A DNA stretch of 20,000 nt from Stramenopiles sp. TOSAG23-2. Its lineage: Eukaryota. Under the pieces are notes generated by a model. That model was given only the letters and a program-made list of their open reading frames with translations. It had not been told where the DNA came from and searched no databases. The stretch is from assembly GCA_900128395.1 (NCBI GenBank), contig LT649240.1, positions 58,094-78,093 on the forward strand. The letters run 5' to 3'. The position numbers and the translations under genes were made by a program. Shown in pieces: positions 10,406 through 20,000 of this stretch. Position 1 is the stretch's first letter; each line of letters opens with the position of its first letter.

Positions 10406-10409
10406 TATT
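10309..10409. repeat. Diverged 52-bp tandem duplication
   Basis: agtcagcagtat(t/c)gcgcag...taccagatggcataaaaagtaatatt at 10309 and 10361. Confidence 0.9.
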
Positions 10410-11782
10410 TAATATAAAATTAATTCTCTTTATATTTATTAATTTAAAGATATCAAACAAATGAAGCTTTGGCCAATTACAATCTTTGCTTTGCTATCCC
10501 AAAACATTCTTACGAATAGGTTCTTACTATAAAACAACAATTGATAAGTTAAAAATTATGAATCACTTAAAATTACTAACTAAATATAACTAATAATAAA
10601 GTAAATAATATGTAATAATTAAGGTACTTGAAAGAATAATAATAATTGAATAAATAGACATAATATAATGGAAAATGATACATAGATATAATACTATCTT
10701 TAGGAACTATAATTACTCTAAGAATACATATAAAATAGAAACAAGAGAAGCGTCACTTCGTATGAGTGTGAGGTAAGCCAGCTCATGTCTTACACTCAAG
10801 TAGGCTGTTAGTTTATAAACGGACATCTATCAAAATAGCAGGTATACACCATAGGACCTTCCATTTTGACTTTTTTTTTAAAAATTAGCATGGAGATAGG
10901 CCGTAAAACTGCCCCAACTTGGTACTTATAAAGGGTGTCCTTTTTAAATACCCGCAATATCAGGTTAGCGTTACATTTTACAAGAGCAAAATTCAAGGGA
11001 CCGTGAAAATATAATGGCATACTTTATATGAATTAGCATGGGATAGCATTGAAAATAAATAAAATCACCGTCAAACATTTTATCTCCTATCAATAACACT
11101 ACTAAGAAGTACAAAGCATAATATCTATTTGATAATGACGACTAAACACATACCAAATATGCATCCAAGTATGGAATAGGACGAGACGTTGTTTGGAGTG
11201 ATATAAAGTAATGATATTAGTGATTAATTTTATTCAAATTTGAATTTAACATTTTATAGAGGATGATATGTGTGATATGTGTGTATATTTCGTACTTAAT
11301 ATTCAAAGACTATGGTTAATTTATCCTATCAGGATAGGAATTTAAACAGCATTAAATTATAACACCTGCTATTCCCATACTAAATCACCAACCCAACGTT
11401 TTTAATTTTGAGATCCGCCGCTCATTTACAAGGTATTCACAAGATGCGCTTTTGGGATGCCCATTTCCCAAATGAAAAACCATAAAAGACTACTACTTTT
11501 CCAGTGGAAGTACACCAAAACTCCTATGTCTAAATTTGAATGTTTTGGCCACGCCGTGAAGGGGCAAAGTTATGTTTCTTCAAGGGTTATAATATATAAA
11601 TAGCATACATTTACCATTACATCATCAAAAATAACATTGATGATTATTGATTACTATTAATATATATATATGTAGACTTATTGACTTATTTGATTGAGAG
11701 AGAGAGATTGAGAGAGAGATTGAGAGAGAACTTGATAGAACCCAACACACAGAGAGAGAGAGATTGGTAGAATGCAATAGCC

Positions 11783-13148
11783 ATGTCATCATTAACCACC
11801 GACGATAATAATAACAGTAAAAAGGAAGAGGAGAATAATGAGAATAACAATATGACTCTTCAAAATGATCCAGTGGATATGAGAAGTATACATGCATCTG
11901 GATTAAATACACCTGTAAAAATGAATAATAATAATAACGATGATGAGGAAAAGAAAAATTTGGAACCAACCAATAGTAATAATAACAACAACAACGGTTC
12001 GAAACAATCAGCAACATTAGTAATGAAAACAGATGGAGGCTTATACACTCCACCAATTGAGAAAAAATTAGGCGTAAGTTATTTAAGTATATATATATAA
12101 TTCATTCAAGATTCTTCTATTTATTATTATATTTATCAAAATTGAATAATATGTCAACAAATATAATAATATTTTTTTAGTATATTATTCTAACAACAAC
12201 AACAATATATATACACACACACACACACACAAATAGGAACCTGTAATATCCGTACATAATTTAAAAAAAGAATATCGTTTACCTGGTAGATCGGATGCTG
12301 TCACGGCTTTGCGTGAAATTAATATCCATGATAATAGTGAATTTTATTCCATACGAAAAGGTGAATTTGTTATGATACGTGGTGCAAGTGGTGGTGGAAA
12401 AACGACATTATTAAATTGCATTGGATTGATTGATTGTCCATCTTCTGGTAAAGTAAAGATATTGAATACCGATATTGATATGGCTGTTGCAAAAGATTCA
12501 TTTTTAACTGAAATACGATTAAACAAATTAGGATTTGTCTTTCAAACAATTAATTTATTAGCTACCTTTACTGCATTGGAAAATGTTGAATTACCAATGT
12601 CAATACAAGGTAAATTATCTAAAAAAGAAATGAAAAAACGTGCTATTAAATTATTAACAATGGTTGGATTAGAAGATAGGTTGGATCATATACCATCAGG
12701 TAAGTTCATATATATATATATATATATTCCTTCTTGTTATAAGCATATTATATAGCAACATATATACGACGACAAAGACATATATATATATTACATACTA
12801 ACATTATTGAATATATATATCTATATAGAATTAAGTGGTGGTGAACAACAACGTGTTACAATTGCACGTGCATTAGCAAATGATCCAGAAATATTATTAT
12901 TAGATGAACCAACTGGTGATTTAGATACAAAAAATACATTGGAGATCATGGAATTGTTATTAACCGTCAATCAAATTGGTAAAAAAACATTAGTAATGGT
13001 AACGCATAATGATGATTTAGAATGTTATGCTGATAGGATTTTGTATGTCAGCGATGGTCAATTTGTGAAACAAGCAATTAATCAAAAACAGGTAACATTA
13101 GATTATGATAAATATGTTGCACATTTGAAAAAGAAAATGCATGGATAA
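11783..13148 (+). CDS. Stand-alone ABC ATP-binding protein, LolD/MacB/FtsE-like (protist ABCH-type); 3 exons: 11783-12073, 12237-12699, 12829-13148
   Basis: Introns 12074-12236 (GTAAGT..TTCTAAC..TAG, phase 0) and 12700-12828 (GTAAGT..TACTAAC..TAG, phase 1) join the ORFs in frame. Walker [10 protein letters not shown]-loop [15 protein letters not shown], signature [12 protein letters not shown], Walker [12 protein letters not shown] and H-loop VTH. No TM segments. Confidence 0.92.
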
Positions 13149-13212
13149 TTAATTTCTTAGGAGAGTGTAGTCGGCGTGAAAGCCACATGGGTTTCTCTAA
13201 AAAAGTCGAATT

Positions 13213-13312
13213 AGAGAGAGAGAGAGAGAGAGAGAGAGATACTGCACTTTATTCTGTTGGTATGTAAGAGCACGCGAGAGAGCGAGAGAGCGAGAGAGAT
13301 ATGAGATGAGAG
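13213..13312. repeat. (GA)n and (GCGAGAGA)n simple repeats between convergent genes
   Basis: Directly visible; similar (GA)n, (CA)n, (TA)n and (AAT)n tracts occur throughout the window, e.g. 11692-11765. Confidence 0.8.
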
Positions 13313-13484
13313 ACGAAACCTGTAAATAGTCACGACGATCACACAGCAGCAGTGTATTAAAAATATTTTAAAATATCCTCATCATAAGCTGTACACAAAA
13401 ATTCTTTTTTTTTTATTATTAATACATGCATATATATGCATATATATATTATACTCGTATTAGTATATAATATTTTTCAAGATT

Positions 13485-15308
13485 TTAAATAGTCCTACTA
13501 TTTTCTGGAATGACTACCACCTCCTTCTTTTTCATTAACACATGATGATGATGCATCGCACCTAAGATACGTATCTTTGATAATGTATTGATAGATACAT
13601 GATGTGATGGTAAAGAATGATGATCATCTGGTCCATGAAATTCTATTCGTTTATTATTTTTAGTTTTAATAACAACTGTATCATTATTATTAATACCACG
13701 TCGTCGTTTATTATGTTTCTTATGGTAACTTCCTAATTTATTGTTTTTTTTACGTTTTATATTACCAAATTTGTTTTGTATTTGTTCATATTCATGTTCT
13801 AATTGTTGACGTACTTGTTTCAATTCGCTACTACTTAATTTATCACCATCTTGATCTATAGCTGTTGTATTATTAATGTCAATAGATGGAGATCCATGTT
13901 GTTTTTTCTGTTTTCCTTTTTGTATTAATGGTATTTTCAATGAATTTGCTTGATATCTTGCAATGACACTAATACTACTATCATCTTCGTTGTCATCCTC
14001 TACTTCTTCTATGCCATCCTCATCTTCTTGTGGTATGGAATATTCTTTATGGTAGCCTGTATCTGGCAAATGCAATTGTAAAGTTGTACCGTCTTTATCT
14101 ACATGTTTCATTGCATAAAACGCTGGTTTCTTTTTCTTCAATAAAGAAGCCAAAGTATGCCGTTCACTTTCATCATTAGTAGAACCATTATTATTTTTTT
14201 TGTTCTTCCTCTTCTTGAAATTATTTTTATGATGATGTTTTAATTTAATTAATGCATATTCTTTTTTATCTTCTAAATATTGAAATGAACGATCGTTTCT
14301 AGTATCTTGATTGATTTCTAATTTTCCAAATAAATCACGTAGTAGTGTATAACCTTTATGTTTACGTTTCCATGCTGGTTGTATATTACCAATTGTTTTT
14401 AACCCAGGCATATCATTATAATCCAGCATATTGCTTTCATTATTAATTTTCTTTTTTCTCATATTATTTTTTGTATTATTGTTGTTTGTTATTGTTGCGT
14501 GTCGACGATTATTATGGTGGTGGACATGTGGTTTGAGATGTCTACGATTTGGATGGCGATTAATTGGTACCTCATGTTTTGGTTTAGGTACATCATATAC
14601 ATTATCATTCCAGGTTGGTTTTATTGGAGATGAATTAATTATTGTTTTGTTTTTATTACTCGTATTATTATTTGGATATCCTATACGTTTCAAATGCTTA
14701 TCTTGTTTTTTCTTATTATGTTTCAATAAACGTTGTTGACGTTTATTTGCAACTTTTGTTGATAATGGATATAATAAGTGATTTTTCACTGGAGATATAT
14801 CCAAGTCGTTGTTAGATTTTTTTAAACGATGTGAATTAGTAACAGGGGATGTAGATGATATAAATGTTTTAGATGATTCCATTTGTTGTTTTTTTTCTTT
14901 CTCAGACATTATTTTTGTTCTTTTCTTTAATGGGCTAATAATGGTATTAGTATTTTTATTATTATATTTAATATTTTTGTCAGGTTGTTGTTGTTCCTTA
15001 TTATTTTGACTTTTTAATGACGATGACATTGTTGGTGATATGTATGTAACATTACGTTTATGAATTTGTTTTTGTTTCTTTGCTATTGCCTTTTGTTGCT
15101 TCTTACGTTGTTTTCTTGACAAAATAGTGGATTTATTTGTATTAACAATTGACTTTGCTTGTTTAATACGGTCTTTATAATGATGCAAAATTAACTTTTG
15201 TTCAAATTTTGCATTTGGATGTGGATTTTTAATTGAATTTGCAACATCTGGTCTTTGATAATATGAAGTCGAACCGACAGAGGGTTTAAAAACTTTAATA
15301 CTATTCAT
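13485..15308 (-). CDS. Uncharacterised basic, low-complexity (K/N/H-rich) protein, 607 aa
   Basis: A 1.8-kb uninterrupted ORF in very AT-rich DNA; mostly disordered composition with an acidic patch and a short coiled coil (ELKQVRQQLEHEYEQIQ). No family confidently recognised. Confidence 0.65.
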   Translation of the reverse strand: MNSIKVFKPSVGSTSYYQRPDVANSIKNPHPNAKFEQKLILHHYKDRIKQAKSIVNTNKSTILSRKQRKKQQKAIAKKQKQIHKRNVTYISPTMSSSLKSQNNKEQQQPDKNIKYNNKNTNTIISPLKKRTKIMSEKEKKQQMESSKTFISSTSPVTNSHRLKKSNNDLDISPVKNHLLYPLSTKVANKRQQRLLKHNKKKQDKHLKRIGYPNNNTSNKNKTIINSSPIKPTWNDNVYDVPKPKHEVPINRHPNRRHLKPHVHHHNNRRHATITNNNNTKNNMRKKKINNESNMLDYNDMPGLKTIGNIQPAWKRKHKGYTLLRDLFGKLEINQDTRNDRSFQYLEDKKEYALIKLKHHHKNNFKKRKNKKNNNGSTNDESERHTLASLLKKKKPAFYAMKHVDKDGTTLQLHLPDTGYHKEYSIPQEDEDGIEEVEDDNEDDSSISVIARYQANSLKIPLIQKGKQKKQHGSPSIDINNTTAIDQDGDKLSSSELKQVRQQLEHEYEQIQNKFGNIKRKKNNKLGSYHKKHNKRRRGINNNDTVVIKTKNNKRIEFHGPDDHHSLPSHHVSINTLSKIRILGAMHHHHVLMKKKEVVVIPENSRTI

Positions 15309-15680
15309 GGCATGAGATTATAATCGTTCTGAGTTGCTTTGCTTATGATGTGTATGTATCCACGAATATATATATATGTTTGATGTGTAAAAAGTCTGGA
15401 GATGGTGTTATAATGAATAATAGTCTACTATTTTTAGTAGTAGTAGTGGGTGAAAGTGTGTAAGTTCACTTTGGAAATTAGCATGGACACAGGCTTGTTA
15501 ATGATGGATAAAAATAATAATAATCCAAAAAGCAGTGTAACCAGTACAAAAAATATTATTATTATTATACAAAACATAATATAGCATCAACATCATACCA
15601 TTTTTTATATTTTTGATTCATGGATTGAATATTATACATGGCCAAGATCACACATTCACCCCTAATTAATGTACCACCCT

Positions 15681-17743
15681 CTATCGATTTTTATCACCTT
15701 CTATCTTCCTCATACGTGCCATTAAATCTTGTACATCACTTCTATTATTATTATCATCATTATTCTTACTGTTTACGGTATATTTACCAGATGTTTTTTT
15801 ATTATTACCATTATTATTATTTGAATGTACAACCACACTTTCTCTTTCTGTTGTGTAATATTTATCTGTAGTATTGTTAATATCATGACGATCGACGACT
15901 TGACTTGGACTTGTTACACCATTTTCTTCATTATATTCTTCAATTAAATCTTTCAGTTTAGACATCGTGGAAGGTAATAAACTTGAATCGTCGTTTTTTC
16001 TATAATTATTAACATTGCCAATTTTTAAATAATTTGTATTTTGTCCATATTTCATTTGGGATACATCAAAAGTTTGCCGACGATCAAATGGATCAGCTAA
16101 TACATATGGAGATTTACTAGCACCTTGCACAGTTGGCAAACCGGCACGGCGTGATGGTTTGACAGGGCTGCCTTGTAACAATGATTGTAAACATTTTAAA
16201 ACACCAACACGTATTTGAGAACATATTTTCCTCAGTGCATCTGAATCCATATCACTAAATGGTGTCCCCCATACTTTATTATGAACTTCTATTACACCAA
16301 TAATTTCTTGTTTTTTTCTACTTTTAAATATTGGATGAGCAATTAAATTTTTCACATCGGCATACCTTGCCTGGCTTTTTATAGCACGTACATCTTTTGA
16401 CACATCAGCTATTTTGATTACTTTGCCTGTAACAATGACATGATGTGCAATCGATTGTCCTGGTGGTACTGTAGTTAACCCATGCCCAGCTGAACGGCGT
16501 ATCCATAATTTCGAAGTATGCGAATCGTTTAAATATAAAAATACTTTCTCTGCATTTAATTTTTTAGATGCTTCTTTTTCGACATGATCAAATGTTATAT
16601 CGATAGAATTCATTTCTTTAAAACTAGCACCTGTTTGTTTACCCCACCAATGTGCAAATTCATCTAATTCTATTTTTCCATTTCCATCTTCGTCTAAAAA
16701 TGTGATTGCCTCTCGAAATTCATCATCTGTCATGAAAACACCAATTCCATTCATCATAGCTTTGAATTCACTAGGTTCTATATGACCACTATTATCTGTA
16801 TCAAATTGTTTAAATATTGTTGCTGCTGCTGATTGTCCACTTGGTGAACCTAAACCTGGATGTTTTATACCATCTATACCACCTTCAGAATATAAACCTT
16901 CTAAACGTTCTTTCATCGATGTTAATTTATTCTCAGCACCTAACAATACTTTTAGCAATTTTTGTACTGCATTACGCCCACCACTTCCTTTAGGATACCA
17001 TTCCAATAAAATATCAACTGCTTTTTTAATATCCATATCTGTTTTATGCAATGCTTCTACACATGCTTCAACTGGAAAATCTAATGTTGCTAAACGTTTT
17101 GCTAAACGATGATGTTCATCATTTACTGGTACCATAGATGCACGCCGTTTTAATGGATTGCCAATTTTTGTACCTGGTTTCGTCGTATTTACCGGTCGCA
17201 TTCGTTCTAATGATTCAACCCACATTTTATGGGATGGACTTACTTTTTTAGGTGATGTAGGTTCATCAAAAGTATGGGTACTTCTACGACGTTGTCGACG
17301 TTTACTGCATGTATGTTTGATATTATTATTATTATTATTATTATTATTGAAAATGTTAGTACAGTTACGATGCTACATACGCTTATCTATACATATGTGT
17401 GTATGGAAAAATCTGTAAATACTTACGGGTCTTGTTTTTTGCTACGTTCAGGTGTTAAACCTGTAATACTTTCAACCACACTACGTGTTTCTGCATGTGA
17501 TTTTTCTAACTGTTTTAAATATTCTTGCATTTCCGCAACTTTTGAATAACGTTTTGACTTTGCTTTCTTTTTACCACTTGGTGATAGAGTAGAAGTGTCT
17601 AACTTTGGCAAGGAAGTAGGTGGTGATAATGTACTTGGTGATTTATTACCACTCAATGGTGTTGTGAAATTGTCGGTTGCTGTTCCATTTGTCGTTTTTT
17701 TTTGCGGTGTTGATATTTCAGATATTGATGAATATGTAGCCAT
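15681..17743 (-). CDS. UBA-like + EF-hand pair + GAF domain protein; 2 exons: 17743-17427 and 17304-15681 (about 646 aa)
   Basis: Intron 17426-17305 (GTAAGT..TACTAAC at 17361-17355..CAG, phase 2) joins MATYSSISE...KQDP to KRRQRRRSTH...MWVESL in frame. UBA-like LATLDFPVEACVEALHKTDMDIKKAVDILLE; EF-hands DTDNSGHIEPSE and DEDGNGKIELDE; GAF-like LNAEKVFLYL...SIAHHVIVTGKVIKIADVSKDVR...NLIAHPI...IIGVIEVHNK...PFSDMD. Confidence 0.85.
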
Positions 17744-18352
17744 TGTTGTTATTTTTTGTTTATTATTGCTATGTATATATGTATAAACCAAATTAACGGT
17801 TATTATGAACCTGGTTTTGTTATCACTTTATATGGTTTAATGATGATGATTTAATATGTAATCAAAAGGATTATATGATTTGTATAAAATATATCTACAT
17901 ATTATATATTCAACGTATTCTATTTGTTTTACAATATTGAATCAATATTTTTATAACTGTAATAATAATATAATTGAAGTCGTAGATAGATAGGGGTGAT
18001 ATGTTTAAACATACATTGTTGTATTATATTATAAACATGTGGAAACGAATAAAGCCATTGTCGCTTATTGTTAAGCACCCTTACTCATATGGCATTTACT
18101 ACTACAACTTTCTTCTTTCAAAAAGAAAACAAGTGTGGTTCATCTATATATATATATTGCCAATTTTTATATATACAATGATGCACTTTAATATAGTTAT
18201 ATACAATATAGGGGTTGTTTTAATTTACCAATTATGGGATCTAGTTTAGACTTGGTTGCGTCGTCGGATTGTTCTTCAAGAAGGAAGGCCAGAAGGCTAT
18301 TTATATTAGCTATAACACTGTGCTATTCTTATGAGTATTATATTTTTATTTA

Positions 18353-18490
18353 ACGCTCCACGCTCCACGCTCCACGCTGTCAAAAAGCAATAACAGCCTT
18401 TTCCATTTTTACTTTTGCCTTCTTATTATATACTTTTGTGCTTTGTGCCTTTGTGCCTTTGTGCCTTTTTGTGTGCCTTTGTTTGTGCTT
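18353..18490. repeat. Short minisatellites (ACGCTCC)3 and (CTTTGTGC)n in the divergent intergenic region
   Basis: acgctccacgctccacgctccacgct at about 18353-18378; repeated ctttgtgc units at about 18435-18490. Confidence 0.75.
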
Positions 18491-19118
18491 GTGTGAATTG
18501 TGAATGCTGGAATGCCTTTTCACCATTTGCCTCAATATTATACTATAGACATAGCATCATAGCATTATTTATTTATACCCTATCAGATGGTATATACTAG
18601 CGAATACAAAGTAACCTACAAAAACCGAATGCAATGTATTTGAGGGAGCATCAACGTCTCGGATTTTTAACTGCCAAAGCACAACACCAAATACCAGGTA
18701 TTTACCACCGCCGTTGCAAGACATTCTTCATAAATAAACAATTAAGAGGTATATGAAAGGTATCTACAGGGAGCAAAAGAAAGAAAGACGGAAGAAGGAA
18801 AGATAAAGATTATATATAAATTGAACAAACGTATTACCATCACAAACAATTGTATCCAAAAAAAGAAAATAGATTTTTGTGTCAGCTAATTGGTCTTTTT
18901 ATTTTTTGAAACGACGATATTTAAATTATAAATAATAAATTATCAAAAAAAAAAAGGTTGAATTATCGAATAATTTTCCATAAAATAATTGGAAACTAAA
19001 AGACAAACTTGTATACATAATAATATATATATAACTATATAAATAAATACAACGATAACATCGTATTAATTAAAATACAAACACGAAAAAAGTAAATCAA
19101 TAAAGTAAACAACACAAC

Positions 19119-20000
19119 ATGTTAAACAATATTACCATTGATACTACAAATATTGTAGCAAATAAAAATATACATGAAAATATATTTAAAGCACGTAAAA
19201 GTAACAACATTTTGAATAACAATAAGGAAAATAATTCAGTACCATTACCTTCTCCATCACCAAAACATGATGATTATTTATCACGATCGCAATTAAACCG
19301 TGGCTTGTCTCGTTTTGCTGCGTTAGGGACTGCAGTGGAAGAAAGAGAGCGCGTGTTGCAATTACAAGAAGCGTTGCAATCAAAAACAAACGAGTTTGAA
19401 CAACGTAATTTATTATTAATACGTAGTAAAGATGCATTGGAGGAACTTGGCAAACGTTGCTCGGAAGCACAAGAACGTGCAGATGCATCTGCATCAGAAG
19501 TAATTGCATTGGCGAGTGCAGCTGAAGTGGCACAAAATGATTTAATTTCGATGCAAGAGAAATATGAAAACGACATGGAAACGATGGAAATTAAATTTAC
19601 TAGTTTGGAACATGAAGTTGTACGTTTAAAAGAACTTGAAAATAAATTTAAGCATTTTAAATTTGTTGAAAAAGTTGCATTACAAGCACGTAATGAAAAA
19701 GAAAACGAGTTGTACCACATTATTGGTCAACAAAATGATACGATTGAAGCAGAACGTAAAAATGTCTTTGAATTGAAATTGAAATACGATAATATCGTAA
19801 AAGAACAAAACGAACATATTAAAATGTTGAAAAAAGAACATGCAAATGAAATCAATGTCTTGCAAAGTCATTTAGATGCATCGTTGGCACATGAAATTGA
19901 AAACAAAAAGAAAAAAACAGCATTTAATAATAACTTGATCAATGGTAAACGAATAGAATTTCATGGACCAGATGATCATCATTCTTTACCATCACATCAT
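19119..20000 (+). CDS. Coiled-coil protein, open to the window end (absent from the ORF track)
   Basis: Manual translation from ATG 19119 (MLNNITIDTTNIV...) shows no stop up to 20000; heptad-rich E/K/L/Q sequence such as EERERVLQLQEALQSKTNEFEQRNLLLIRSKDALEELGKR. Confidence 0.8.
   Translation, partial: MLNNITIDTTNIVANKNIHENIFKARKSNNILNNNKENNSVPLPSPSPKHDDYLSRSQLNRGLSRFAALGTAVEERERVLQLQEALQSKTNEFEQRNLLLIRSKDALEELGKRCSEAQERADASASEVIALASAAEVAQNDLISMQEKYENDMETMEIKFTSLEHEVVRLKELENKFKHFKFVEKVALQARNEKENELYHIIGQQNDTIEAERKNVFELKLKYDNIVKEQNEHIKMLKKEHANEINVLQSHLDASLAHEIENKKKKTAFNNNLINGKRIEFHGPDDHHSLPSHH
19946..20000 (+). repeat. Exact inverted copy (at least 55 bp) of 13599-13653
   Basis: taaacgaatagaatttcatggaccagatgatcatcattctttaccatcacatcat is the reverse complement of 13599-13653; the match reaches the window end. 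Confidence 0.95.

Noticed and set aside
282..19871. Many short ORF-track entries (e.g. 282-587, 4401-4631, 8727-9079, 11625-12056, 14431-15009, 17158-17786, 19186-19871)
   Set aside because: They are antisense or off-frame shadows of real genes, or microsatellite-driven ORFs with no recognisable motifs.

Overview
AT-rich, gene-dense eukaryotic nuclear DNA, probably from a protist; the lineage cannot be fixed from sequence alone. It uses the standard code and has few short GT-AG introns and many microsatellites. Genes in order: a 4-TM protein with a C-terminal beta-adaptin appendage-like domain; a 3'-truncated DD3-3-like secreted protein; proteasome beta1; a PX-BAR sorting nexin; a PITH-domain protein; a decayed homeobox plus zinc-finger locus whose homeobox the ORF track misses; a 3-exon stand-alone LolD/ABCH-type ABC ATPase; a basic low-complexity protein; a 2-exon UBA/EF-hand/GAF protein; and a coiled-coil ORF running off the right end. 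Two structural signals stand out. First, ten head-to-tail duplications (mostly 100-145 bp, up to about 390 bp) lie in the first 9 kb, and six of them straddle a start or stop codon. Second, an exact 55-bp inverted copy gives two oppositely oriented genes the same in-frame peptide. Both may be haplotype, assembly or amplification artefacts and need read-level checks. I cannot claim a new biological system from this window alone.
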